Notes under the pieces: model-generated
Database searches by the model: none
Told to the model about the DNA's origin: nothing
What the model saw: the letters and a program-made list of their open reading frames with translations, nothing else
Program-made: the position numbers and the translations under genes
Assembly: GCA_003518365.1 (NCBI GenBank)
Contig: DOYU01000022.1
Span: 24,095 to 88,094 of the forward strand
Origin: Candidatus Magasanikiibacteriota bacterium
GTDB taxonomy: Bacteria; Patescibacteriota; Patescibacteriia; Magasanikbacterales; UBA922
DNA length: 64,000 nt
Reading direction: 5' to 3'
Shown here: positions 46,543 to 56,349 of the stretch, piece by piece
Numbering within the stretch: the stretch's first letter is position 1
Layout of the letters: every line of letters begins with the position of its first letter

Positions 46543-48834
46543 TTACTCACTTTTTTTCTTTTTTGCCCATTTTCGTTTTGGTTTTTTCTTTGCCTCTTCT
46601 ATCAGTTCTTGACACTGTTCAAGCGTCAGGGTTGTTGGATCAGTATCTTTTGGAATCTTCGCATTTATTTTGCCAGCTTTAATATATGGTCCATAGCGGC
46701 CTTCACGGATTTCAATGCGCTCTTCGGCGTCAAAAGCTTTTATCAATGCTTTTGCTTTTTTTTCTTTATCTGCTGCAACAACTTCTTTTGCTCTTTCAAG
46801 TGTGACAGTATATGGGTCATCATCTTTGAGAGAAACATATACTTTTCCAATCTGAATATACGGTCCAAATTTGCCAATCGCGACTGTCATATCTTCACCT
46901 GCTTCTGTTTGCCCGAGAATTTTTGGCAATGACAGGAGATGGAGTGCTTCGTTCATGGTGACGGTTTGGACAGATTGTCCTTTGCCAAGGCTGGCAAATT
47001 TTGGTTTTTCTTCGTCTTCTTTATCACCGAGCTGCACAAACGGGCCAAAGCGTCCGATGCGCGCAAAAATTGGTTTACCGCTTTTCGGGTCTGTGCCAAC
47101 TTCTCTGATTTGCAGTGTATCTTCGCGGGACAGTTCTTCTTCTTTTTTTACTAAATTTTCATGAAAGGGATGATAGAACGTCGCAATGATTGGTTGCCAA
47201 TCGCGTTCACCTGTTGCGATCTCATCGAGATTTTGTTCCATGAGTGCGGTGAAATCGTAATCAATAATATCTTTGAAATGATCAACAAGGAGATCATTGA
47301 CAACCATGGCGATGTCTGTTGGTTTGAGTCGTTTGTCTTCCAGTCGTTCGACATAGCCGCGCGCTTCAATTGTCCCAATTGTTGGCGCATAGGTGGATGG
47401 GCGGCCGATACCACGCTCTTCGAGTGCTTTGACAAGTGTTGCATCGGAATAGCGAGCAGGTGGTTTGGTAAAATGTTGTTCTGGTTTGAGTGCTTCACAC
47501 ACAAGTGTTTGGCCTTGTGCAAGCACCGGCAGCATTTCATGTTTGATATTTTCTGGATAGAGTGCAAGCCAGCCATCAAACACACAGGTTTGTCCATTTG
47601 CACGGAAGGTATATTTCAGTGCAGAAATATCAACTGCTGTTTTGTTGAGTTTCGCCGCTGCCATCTGTGTCGCGACTGCGCGTTTCCAGATCAGTGCATA
47701 CAATTTGTATTGATGATCATCGAGATATTGTTTGATTGATTCTGGTGTGCGTGCAGGGTCTGTGGGACGGATAGCTTCATGCGCTTCTTGGGCTCCTTTT
47801 GCTTTTTTTGCATAGACACGCGGTGTATCGAGAATGTATTTGTCTCCGTGGGTATGTTTAATGTAGGCGTTTGTCTCTGTGACAAATTTTTCAGACAAAT
47901 TTGTTGAATCCGTACGCATGTAGGTGATCAGCCCTGTTGATCCTTCTGCTCCAATCGCAATTCCTTCATACAGTTGCTGAGCAAGACGCATGATTTGTTT
48001 TGCAGAAAATCCATATACGTTGTTTGCCGCTTGCTGCAAGCTGGACGTAATAAAGGCTGGTGGGGGAGTGCGTGTTGTTGCTTTTTCTTCAATATGTGAA
48101 ATGGTGTATACTGCGCCTTCAAGATCTGTAAGAATCGTATCGACAGTTCCTTTTTCGCTCAGTTCCAATTTTTTTAATGATTTTCCATCAATGGCTTGCA
48201 GCTTTGCCACCACCGGATCTGGAAATGTTTTTTTCTCATCTTGAAATAAACCCTCAAGGGTCCAATATTCTTCCGCAATAAATGCTTGAATTTCTCGTTC
48301 ACGCTCGACGGTGAGGCGCACGGCTACTGATTGCACACGCCCAGCAGAAAGACCTCGGGCTACTTTTTTCCATAAAAATGGGGAGAGCTCGTATCCCACG
48401 AGGCGGTCCAGCACACGGCGCGCTTGTTGTGCATCGACCAGCTTTTGATCAATTGTACGGGGATGTGCCAGCGCTTCATCAATCGCGTGTTTGGTGATTT
48501 CATGGAAGACAATGCGATGCGCGTCTTCTGGTTTTACTTTCAAAATATGCGCCAAATGCCAGGAGATGGCTTCTCCTTCGCGATCTTCATCAGTTGCAAA
48601 GATGATTTCATCACTTTTTGCTGCGAGATCTTTGAGTTTTTTTACTTGCGCGGTCTTATCTTTTGACACGGTGTAGGTGGGTTCAAACGTCCCGCCTTCA
48701 ATATCAATGCCCATTTTGCTTTTTGGCAGATCGCGGACATGGCCAAAAGAAGACTCAACATAGTAGTCTTTGCCTAGGAATTTGCCGATAGTCTTCGCTT
48801 TTGTCGGTGACTCAACGATTACAAGTTTTTTCAT
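46543..48834 (-). CDS. topA: DNA topoisomerase I
   Basis: A TOPRIM domain (MKKLVIVESPTKAKTI), the catalytic Tyr region and a Lys-rich tail. Confidence 0.95.
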   Translation of the reverse strand: MKKLVIVESPTKAKTIGKFLGKDYYVESSFGHVRDLPKSKMGIDIEGGTFEPTYTVSKDKTAQVKKLKDLAAKSDEIIFATDEDREGEAISWHLAHILKVKPEDAHRIVFHEITKHAIDEALAHPRTIDQKLVDAQQARRVLDRLVGYELSPFLWKKVARGLSAGRVQSVAVRLTVEREREIQAFIAEEYWTLEGLFQDEKKTFPDPVVAKLQAIDGKSLKKLELSEKGTVDTILTDLEGAVYTISHIEEKATTRTPPPAFITSSLQQAANNVYGFSAKQIMRLAQQLYEGIAIGAEGSTGLITYMRTDSTNLSEKFVTETNAYIKHTHGDKYILDTPRVYAKKAKGAQEAHEAIRPTDPARTPESIKQYLDDHQYKLYALIWKRAVATQMAAAKLNKTAVDISALKYTFRANGQTCVFDGWLALYPENIKHEMLPVLAQGQTLVCEALKPEQHFTKPPARYSDATLVKALEERGIGRPSTYAPTIGTIEARGYVERLEDKRLKPTDIAMVVNDLLVDHFKDIIDYDFTALMEQNLDEIATGERDWQPIIATFYHPFHENLVKKEEELSREDTLQIREVGTDPKSGKPIFARIGRFGPFVQLGDKEDEEKPKFASLGKGQSVQTVTMNEALHLLSLPKILGQTEAGEDMTVAIGKFGPYIQIGKVYVSLKDDDPYTVTLERAKEVVAADKEKKAKALIKAFDAEERIEIREGRYGPYIKAGKINAKIPKDTDPTTLTLEQCQELIEEAKKKPKRKWAKKKKSE

Positions 48835-48886
48835 ACAAAGCCGAGCATAGAGGAAGATCGTCCAATTGTCAACCCTCCGTAGATTT

Positions 48887-50203
48887 TTAGTAGAAGAAGC
48901 TTTTTATTTCACTGCTTACAAACAGCGAACCGGTGACAAGTAGTATATCATGTTTTTTCACATGTTTCTGTGCCCACGTGAATGCATCCTGTGGTTGGAG
49001 GAATATTTCTGTGTGTGCATCACTATAGTTGTTCCATACGTTTGCGATATCGTGTGGTGACGCAACTTTTCGAAAATGATTTATGGTATTTCTTGTACAG
49101 ACAACTGCTTTTGGATTGAGCGTTGCCAGCTGTGAAATCATTTTTTTCAGATCTTTGTCACCTGAAAACCCATTGATGATATACAGATTTCTTTTTTTGT
49201 CAGGTCTTAAGACCTGCGTTACACTAGCAACTGTTGTTTGTATCTTATCTGCATTATGCGCTCCATCAAGAATAATCAGTGGCATTTCCGACAACACTTC
49301 CATGCGTAATGGTTGGTCGGCGTGACTGATTCCGTTTGCGATATGTTTTTCATCAATGCCAATTGCCGTTGCCGCGTCAATGGCAATTGCAGCATTCATG
49401 CTCTGATGCTCGCCGAGCGCTGTTGTATGATATGTCGACCCTTGATATGTGAACATTGTGCCATTGAGATCAGTGGTTATATCACAAATTTCTTTTTTCG
49501 ATATGGCGTGTATCTTCGAGTTCTGTTTTTTTGCTTGTGTTTCAATAATTTTTTTAATCACCGTACTTTGTTCACCTGTAATAACGGTGCATGGTGCGGA
49601 AATAATACCAGCTTTGCGTACTGCGATTTCTTGTTTTGTTTTCCCAAGCAGCTCTGTATGATCCAATCCGACATTGGTAATCACGGCGACATCTTTGTAG
49701 GGGATAACATTCGTTGCATCGTATGTGCCGCCACAGCCGACTTCAAGAATTGCCCATTCCACTTTTTTTTTTGCAAAAAAATAGAGGGCAATGGCTGTTG
49801 TCAGATCAAAGTAAGAGAGCATGTCATAGGGGGATGTTCGAATATATTCATCAAGAAGAGGGGAGAAGGTCTCCATGATGTTTGCAAATTCTTTTTTTGT
49901 CATGCAGACATTGCCTACCTTCCATCGTTCAGTGATGGATGTTGGATGAGGAGATGTGGTACTTCCAACTTTTTTTCCGGCTTGCTTGAGAATGCTATGA
50001 ATATAGTTGACGGTCGATCCTTTCCCGCTCGTCCCTGTGACATGGATGTAGTGTGGAATCTTTTTTTCAGGATTGCCAAGAATGTCGAGAAAAAATTGTA
50101 CGCGCGGTAAATATTCTGAACAGTCTCGACTGTCAGTCATGTATTCTTTTCTCGGAAGATTTGAAAGAGAATACAGAAATTGTTCTGCGTCATGATAGTT
50201 CAT
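48887..50203 (-). CDS. folC: Folylpolyglutamate synthase / dihydrofolate synthase (Mur ligase family)
   Basis: HVTGTSGKGST P-loop. Confidence 0.8.
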   Translation of the reverse strand: MNYHDAEQFLYSLSNLPRKEYMTDSRDCSEYLPRVQFFLDILGNPEKKIPHYIHVTGTSGKGSTVNYIHSILKQAGKKVGSTTSPHPTSITERWKVGNVCMTKKEFANIMETFSPLLDEYIRTSPYDMLSYFDLTTAIALYFFAKKKVEWAILEVGCGGTYDATNVIPYKDVAVITNVGLDHTELLGKTKQEIAVRKAGIISAPCTVITGEQSTVIKKIIETQAKKQNSKIHAISKKEICDITTDLNGTMFTYQGSTYHTTALGEHQSMNAAIAIDAATAIGIDEKHIANGISHADQPLRMEVLSEMPLIILDGAHNADKIQTTVASVTQVLRPDKKRNLYIINGFSGDKDLKKMISQLATLNPKAVVCTRNTINHFRKVASPHDIANVWNNYSDAHTEIFLQPQDAFTWAQKHVKKHDILLVTGSLFVSSEIKSFFY

Positions 50204-50226
50204 TGGATGACAAACTCAACTGTGTG

Positions 50227-50898
50227 TTATGAGATACGCGCATGCTCTGTATTTTCTGCATCATCTTGTGTGTGCCCTTTTCGAAGCCAGCGGACGAGCG
50301 CATAGACAAGTGGTGTATCGATGAGAGCAAAGAGTGCTTTGATGAGCCAGTAGGTAATGGAAAGATGCAAAATAAATCCAACCGTAAATCGGTCATTAAT
50401 GCCGTAGAAAGCAATAAACATGAAGAGCAGTGTATCAATGGCTTGGCTGACAACTGTTGATGCATTATTTCTGAGCCAGAGATATTTTCCATGTGTTTTT
50501 TTTTTCCACCATTCAAATGCCCAGATGTCATGCGCTTGCGCAACAACAAAGGCGATGAGGCTCGCGATGATCATACGAATGCTGCCATGAAAGACGGTGA
50601 TGTATTCTGCATTGGTGGTATATCGTTCTGCTGGTGGCAGAGCAACGGAAAGCCAGGTGAGAAAGAGGACTAAGATTTGGGCAAGAAATGCAGCGTAGAC
50701 GACTTGTTGTGCTTTTTTCTTTCCGTACACTTCTGCGATAGCATCTGTCATGAGAAAGGTAAGAGGATAAGAAAAAATAGCAACGGACATCGTGACGCCA
50801 AAGATGGTCGTAACTTTCGCGCCAAGAAGATTTGCAGAAATAAGTCCTGCCACAAAGATTGATGTAAGAATGGTTAGTTTGTAGTGTTGATCTTTCAT
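50227..50898 (-). CDS. yhhQ: Queuosine-precursor transporter YhhQ (DUF165/VUT family)
   Basis: YPLTFLMTDAIAEVYG motif. Confidence 0.75.
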   Translation of the reverse strand: MKDQHYKLTILTSIFVAGLISANLLGAKVTTIFGVTMSVAIFSYPLTFLMTDAIAEVYGKKKAQQVVYAAFLAQILVLFLTWLSVALPPAERYTTNAEYITVFHGSIRMIIASLIAFVVAQAHDIWAFEWWKKKTHGKYLWLRNNASTVVSQAIDTLLFMFIAFYGINDRFTVGFILHLSITYWLIKALFALIDTPLVYALVRWLRKGHTQDDAENTEHARIS

Positions 50899-50991
50899 AG
50901 GAATGTTGAATATAGAATGCTGTATGAAGAAATAATACGCTTGCCGTGTTTTTATGAGATCGTTCCCAGTTACGGGTGCCTAGTGACTATC

Positions 50992-52077
50992 TTATCTCGC
51001 TACAACATAGTGCATGTTTCCTATATTACGGACTTTTCCTTTCATTTCCATGAGGGTGAGAGTACTATTTACCTCTCTGCTTGTCAAACTACTCTGTTTT
51101 GCCAATTCATCTACGTGAATTGGTTCCCTAGACAAATGCGTAAGAATCGCTGCTTCTTGTGGAGTGTCAGGGATGATCGCGGCATTTTGTGTAAATGTTT
51201 TGAGTTCATTTAAATTGAGCACGTCAATGACATCTGATGCTGACGTGACCATGTGTGCGCCTTCTTTGAGCAGCTTATTTGGACCTGTGCCAGTTTCTGA
51301 CGTAATTGGGTGGGGGACTGCAAAAATTTCTCTGCCATGTTCGAGTGCATAGCTCGAGGTAATGAGTGCACCTGATTTTTCTGCGGCTTCGATCACAAGC
51401 GTGCCAAGCGTCATGCCGGCAATAATGCGGTTTCGTCGCGGAAAGGTAAATTTTGATGGGAGTGAGCCTGGGGGATATTCTGAAATAACAGCGCCGCCCC
51501 GAGCAATGATTCTCTCGGCAAGTTGTTTGTGTACCGCTGGATAAATGTGATGGCGATTGATACCGCTCCCGAGCACGGCAATCGTCGTGCCACCTGCCTG
51601 CATCGTAGCATCGTGAGCAATGCCATCGATGCCAAGTGCTAGGCCACTTGTAACCACCAGCCCATGTTGTGCAAGACCGCTGACAATTTCTTGCGTAATC
51701 TGTTTGCCATAAGCACTTGCCTTTCTTGTCCCTACCACGGCAATAGGATATTGATTTTTGAGTTGCAATTTGCCTCGCACAAATAAACAAAACGGTGGAT
51801 CATAGATTTGCTTTAACAATGGTGGGTACTGTTCGTCTTGCTCGGTAATAACAGTGATATGTTCTTGCTCTAAAATTTTCTTGATCCGTTTTGGATCAAT
51901 ATCTTCTCGCCACATGAGGAAAAGATTTTTTGTCTCTTCATCCCATGGAAGTTTTTCTTTTATGACATAGGTATCTGCATCAAAAAAAGCGTCTGCAGAA
52001 CCAAAAGCTGCGACGCCTTCTTTGAAACGTTTGACCGTCATTTTTGGAAAGTGAGCAAAAAGTGCTTCAGCAATCAT
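50992..52077 (-). CDS. dprA: DNA processing protein DprA (Smf)
   Basis: Rossmann-like motifs VVTSGLALGIDGIAH and PRRNRIIAG. Confidence 0.85.
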   Translation of the reverse strand: MIAEALFAHFPKMTVKRFKEGVAAFGSADAFFDADTYVIKEKLPWDEETKNLFLMWREDIDPKRIKKILEQEHITVITEQDEQYPPLLKQIYDPPFCLFVRGKLQLKNQYPIAVVGTRKASAYGKQITQEIVSGLAQHGLVVTSGLALGIDGIAHDATMQAGGTTIAVLGSGINRHHIYPAVHKQLAERIIARGGAVISEYPPGSLPSKFTFPRRNRIIAGMTLGTLVIEAAEKSGALITSSYALEHGREIFAVPHPITSETGTGPNKLLKEGAHMVTSASDVIDVLNLNELKTFTQNAAIIPDTPQEAAILTHLSREPIHVDELAKQSSLTSREVNSTLTLMEMKGKVRNIGNMHYVVAR

Positions 52078-52613
52078 GTGATCCAGTCAGTAATATGAGT
52101 ATGCGCATCTTCTGCCATTTTTTTTATTGCTCGTTTTTCGAACATGCTAAATTTTCCGAGGACAAAGTTCACTGTATCTTCCATTTGGCGAGGATGATCT
52201 GATGCAATGCCGAGTCGAATGCGAGTAAAATTTTGTGTGCCAAGATGTTCTATAATTGATTTAACGCCGTTGTGTCCCGCTGCTCCTCTGTCTTTTTGTA
52301 CTTTGATCGTGCCGAGTGCAATATCCTTTTCATCATGTAAGACGATGAGGTCTTTTGTTGGGTCGAGTGTATAGTAATTGATCAGCAACCCTACCGACTG
52401 CCCTGAGTTGTTCATGAAAGTCATTGGTTTTACGAGCATGATAGATTCATTCACAATAGATCCTTCGCTTATTTCGGCATTAAATTTTTTACTGAGTGAC
52501 CATTTTTTCATGCCTGGGAGCTTTTGGAGTTCATCCAACACAAGAAACCCAGCGTTGTGTCGAGTTTTTTCGTATTGTTTCCCTGGATTCCCTAATCCTA
52601 CGATGAGCTTCAT
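52074..52613 (-). CDS. pth: Peptidyl-tRNA hydrolase
   Basis: MKLIVGLGNPG...TRHNAGF. Confidence 0.9.
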   Translation of the reverse strand: MKLIVGLGNPGKQYEKTRHNAGFLVLDELQKLPGMKKWSLSKKFNAEISEGSIVNESIMLVKPMTFMNNSGQSVGLLINYYTLDPTKDLIVLHDEKDIALGTIKVQKDRGAAGHNGVKSIIEHLGTQNFTRIRLGIASDHPRQMEDTVNFVLGKFSMFEKRAIKKMAEDAHTHITDWIT

Positions 52614-52726
52614 ACAATCATGTATACGGATATCCGGATAATCCAGATATACAGATTATGTTAATATGTCTTTTTGTAAGATACATCCAATCCGTAAATC
52701 TGGATTATCTGAATATCCAGGTGCTG

Positions 52727-54124
52727 TTATCTTTTCATCTTGGTCAGCTTTATTATAATCGGTACAGCGTAAAAATCAAATTGTTCGCGGAGGCGATTTT
52801 CGAGATAGTTGATATACGATCGGTGGACAGATGTCCGAAACTTCACAAATATTTCAAATACCGGAGGAGCAGTCCCTATTTGTCTGATTCCCATGAGTTT
52901 TGGGTGGCGCGTTCCTTTGCCCCGAGAAGGCGCATGCGCACTTGTTGCAGTCTTCAGGAATGATTCGAGTGCTTTGACTGGTACGGCTATTTGACGTGCA
53001 TGCCATGCATGAATGAGCTCAGGAAAAATTTTATGAACGCCATATCCTGTTTTTCCACTCACGAGTAAGATTGGCGCAAAGTTGAGATGGGGAAGATACT
53101 GTGCGATCATGGTTTTTATTTCATTTCGTTTGTTATCAGCTTTATCATCAGAGAGGTCCCACTTATTGAGTAAAATAATAACGCTTTTTGCATGCCGCTC
53201 AAGAAGACCACCGAGTTGCATGTCTTGTGTTGATATTTCTTCTGTCCCATCAATAACAAAGAGCGCTATATCTGCTTTTGTCGAAGCATCTATACTTTTG
53301 TGAATACTCTCACGTTCGAGCCCTTTTCCGACTTTTGCTTTCCTTCGAATTCCTGCTGTATCGATAAACGTGATGCGGTAGGGAAGTGCTTCTGCTTGTT
53401 CTGGTGTATACATGACTTCTGTATCATGTGGTTCCCGTGTCGTGTGTGGAATGTCACTTACAATAACCTTGTCTTCCCCAATAAGTTTGTTAAAGAGTGA
53501 AGATTTTCCAACATTTGGTTTCCCTATTAACGTCACTGAGAATGATGCATTCACTGATACACCATCTTCTTTCACCTTCGATCGTTTTACATGCTTTGTG
53601 AGATCAACAATAATATCAAGGAGATCACCTGTATTTTTTCCACTTGCTGCAGAGAGGGGGAACGGTTCACCAAGACCGAGTTTATACCAAGCTGCGTCTG
53701 TGAGATTGCGTTCATGTTTTTTATTGTCTGCTTTATTTGCGATGAGGATGACAGGCTTTTGTTCAATACGTCTGAGATGCTTTGCGAGCTCATGCTCTTG
53801 TGGCAAGATGCCTGTTTGTGCATCGGTGACAAATAAAATGATATCAGCTTCTTTCATGGCAGCTTTGGATTGTTCGAGAATTTCTTTTTCAAAAGGGATA
53901 TCATCAGTAAATGTTAGTCCTCCTGTGTCGATGATGCGGAATTCTTCGCCACGCCAGATGATAAGTCCTTCATTGTTTGTACGTGTTGTTCCTGGAACGT
54001 CAGAAATAATTGCCTTTGGGCTTTCGATTAATTTATTGAACAATGTTGATTTTCCGACATTAACTCGTCCTACGAGTGCGATTGTTGGGAGTGTTCGTTT
54101 TTCTTGTGTGTATTGTTTTGTCAT
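52727..54124 (-). CDS. der: GTPase Der/EngA with two G domains and a KH-like domain. The true start is MTKQYT at 54124.
   Basis: GRVNVGKSTLFN and GKPNVGKSSLFN. Confidence 0.9.
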   Translation of the reverse strand: MTKQYTQEKRTLPTIALVGRVNVGKSTLFNKLIESPKAIISDVPGTTRTNNEGLIIWRGEEFRIIDTGGLTFTDDIPFEKEILEQSKAAMKEADIILFVTDAQTGILPQEHELAKHLRRIEQKPVILIANKADNKKHERNLTDAAWYKLGLGEPFPLSAASGKNTGDLLDIIVDLTKHVKRSKVKEDGVSVNASFSVTLIGKPNVGKSSLFNKLIGEDKVIVSDIPHTTREPHDTEVMYTPEQAEALPYRITFIDTAGIRRKAKVGKGLERESIHKSIDASTKADIALFVIDGTEEISTQDMQLGGLLERHAKSVIILLNKWDLSDDKADNKRNEIKTMIAQYLPHLNFAPILLVSGKTGYGVHKIFPELIHAWHARQIAVPVKALESFLKTATSAHAPSRGKGTRHPKLMGIRQIGTAPPVFEIFVKFRTSVHRSYINYLENRLREQFDFYAVPIIIKLTKMKR

Positions 54125-54125
54125 A

Positions 54126-55571
54126 TTATTCTTCAAAATCCTCTCCCAGGATGACGAGCACTTGGGTCCCCGTCGCATGACGGAGATCTTTCTGAGGCTC
54201 TTTAATAGGTATCTGGAGTGTTCCTTTTATTGCTTGGGCAGCGTCTTTTCCAAATGGGTCAAGGATATAGATTGCACTTTCCATGATTGGACGTTCATCT
54301 GTGTTGCCGAGAATGGATACTGAAATATCTTCGTCCTCAAGTTGTCTTTGCGTGCGAGCGGCAAGACCTGCGCGCCATGTTCCATTTTGTATTTCTACAA
54401 TGGTAGGTGGTAATTGTGGTTGTGCTTGTACCGGTGTATCGATTGCTTCGACTGTATCGAGTATGATGTCAGGATTGAAAATATGTTCAAACAAATAAGA
54501 AATGTCATCAAAATTTCCTGAAACGGGCTCAAGGATAAATGCTCCGCTCGAACTGTATCCATTTTTTAGATACCCATTTACTGATGTGTCGAGCACGACT
54601 GTCTTGATACTGGAGAGATCTACTTCTTTTGCCAGTTTCATCATGGACATAATGTCTGAGAACATCATGTTCGTTGATATGTGTTTGTCGAGTGTAGAAA
54701 GAATGCTATGAATCCGAATAGGATTTGACAGTGTTTCAAAAGAAAGCATTTTTTCTTTGAGCGCGAGGATCACGCGTTGTTGTCTGCGGGCGCGAGCAAA
54801 GTCTGATCCTTCGCCATTATTGCCATGGCGAGAGCGTGCATATTCGAGTGCGGTCTCACCATCCATAGTTTGAACGCCTTGTTTGAACGAGACGGTTTGG
54901 TACAGATGATTGGCTGCTGGGAATTCCGCATCTGTAAAGCTACGTTCTACATCTACTGTAATGCCACTGATATCGTCGACAATTTTTTTGATTGCCTCAA
55001 AATCGACACGCACATAGTAGTGTATGGTGATTGCAAAGGTATCACTAACCACTTTTGCGGCAAGGGCGCCCCCACTGCCAGATTGGTTTGCTTCGCCAAA
55101 CGCATTGGCGTGGTTGATCTTATACCACCCATGGCCTGGAATATCAACCCCTAGGTCACGCGGAATAGACATAAGTGCTACTTCACCGGTCGATGGTTGG
55201 ATACTTGCCACTATCATGGTATCGGTCAGATATGGGCCATCATGACCTGGGCCTCCCATCCCAAGGAGGAGAATATTGATGCGGTCTTGTTTTTCTCCAG
55301 CAAGTGGTTCTTCTTTGCTGAATACCAAGTGCTTGATTCGCGTGAGGAGACCTTCTGGTTCAATTGGTTCGAGTGTTACTGGGTCGTAGGCAAGTGGGTC
55401 ATTTGGGAGTGTTCGTTCTATGAAAATTCTCCCTACGCAGCCAGATACAAAGAGGATGGTTCCAATGAGCAAAAATAAAAAAATCCGTCCTCGTTTTTTT
55501 TTGGGCGGTTCGTATATCTGTGGTTCAGTAGAGGGGGAATTGTCTAGAAAGTTCGTTTTTCTCTTTTCCAT
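54126..55571 (-). CDS. LytR-CpsA-Psr (LCP) family cell-envelope phosphotransferase with a C-terminal LytR_C-like domain
   Basis: An N-terminal TM helix and an LCP core (NILLLGMGG...LTDTMIVASI...SIPRDL). Confidence 0.8.
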   Translation of the reverse strand: MEKRKTNFLDNSPSTEPQIYEPPKKKRGRIFLFLLIGTILFVSGCVGRIFIERTLPNDPLAYDPVTLEPIEPEGLLTRIKHLVFSKEEPLAGEKQDRINILLLGMGGPGHDGPYLTDTMIVASIQPSTGEVALMSIPRDLGVDIPGHGWYKINHANAFGEANQSGSGGALAAKVVSDTFAITIHYYVRVDFEAIKKIVDDISGITVDVERSFTDAEFPAANHLYQTVSFKQGVQTMDGETALEYARSRHGNNGEGSDFARARRQQRVILALKEKMLSFETLSNPIRIHSILSTLDKHISTNMMFSDIMSMMKLAKEVDLSSIKTVVLDTSVNGYLKNGYSSSGAFILEPVSGNFDDISYLFEHIFNPDIILDTVEAIDTPVQAQPQLPPTIVEIQNGTWRAGLAARTQRQLEDEDISVSILGNTDERPIMESAIYILDPFGKDAAQAIKGTLQIPIKEPQKDLRHATGTQVLVILGEDFEE

Positions 55572-55665
55572 AGCGTTGCTAGTATACGAAAAAAAAGTGT
55601 TTTTGGCAATGTTGTTTGCATATGGGGTTTTATGCTATACTTCTATCACTTATAGGTACATATAT

Positions 55666-56163
55666 ATGCCAGAGAAAATAACTGAACATACTTTTATAGG
55701 AGATGTCCTCTACGAATGGGATGTAGAGGAATATGAACAACATGACCGTGGGACATTGTGGCATGTTTTGGTAATTTCAGTTGGCATTCTTCTTGTGATA
55801 TATGCCCTCGCTACAGATAACTTTTTATTTGCAGTTATTATTATTCTGGCCGCAATAATTTTGTTTTTGCAGTCAGCTGTTGAGCCAAATAAAGTTTCTT
55901 TTGCTATTGCAGATTTGGGCATTGTGTTAGGCAACCGTTTTTATACATATGATGAATTGCGTGCCTTCTATATTATTTTTACCCAAGATGCACGGACGCT
56001 TTTTTTTGATACAAAATCTGCAATTCGTCCTGATATCAGAGTTCCTCTCAAGGATGCAGATCCTATGGAAGTTAGATTTGCCTTACAAGCTGTATTGGAT
56101 GAAGATTTAGAAAAGGAAGAGCCTTTTTCAGATAGAGCTGCACGGAGATGGAAGATGCATTAA
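55666..56163 (+). CDS. Hypothetical membrane protein with two TM helices. The track ORF starts at 55420, inside the LCP gene, so the likely start is at 55666 or 55609.
   Basis: ORF only, followed by the terminator at 56172..56200. Confidence 0.35.
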   Translation: MPEKITEHTFIGDVLYEWDVEEYEQHDRGTLWHVLVISVGILLVIYALATDNFLFAVIIILAAIILFLQSAVEPNKVSFAIADLGIVLGNRFYTYDELRAFYIIFTQDARTLFFDTKSAIRPDIRVPLKDADPMEVRFALQAVLDEDLEKEEPFSDRAARRWKMH

Positions 56164-56171
56164 AAATAAAC

Positions 56172-56200
56172 AAAAACAGCAGGTCCCTGCTGTTTTTGTT
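56172..56200 (+). terminator. Rho-independent terminator (aaacagcagg tcc cctgctgttt followed by ttgttttt)
   Basis: Read directly from the sequence. Confidence 0.75.
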
Positions 56201-56204
56201 TTTG

Positions 56205-56279
56205 TGGTGCTCCCGCTAAGAATCGAACTTAGATTTTTGGTTCCGCAAACCAATGTCCTATCCATTGAACGACGAGAGC
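56205..56279 (-). tRNA. tRNA-Arg, 75 nt, with an apparent GCG anticodon (CCA encoded)
   Basis: Acceptor stem GCTCTCG/CGGGAGC, D-loop AATGGATA carrying A20, anticodon stem-loop TTGGT-TTGCGGA-ACCAA, and T-arm CTAAG-TTCGATT-CTTAG. Confidence 0.7.
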
Positions 56280-56349
56280 CTTATGCGAAACGAGTATAGT
56301 CGAAATATGCCTATTCGTCAATACCGAGCTCTTTTGCTAGAATAGACAC

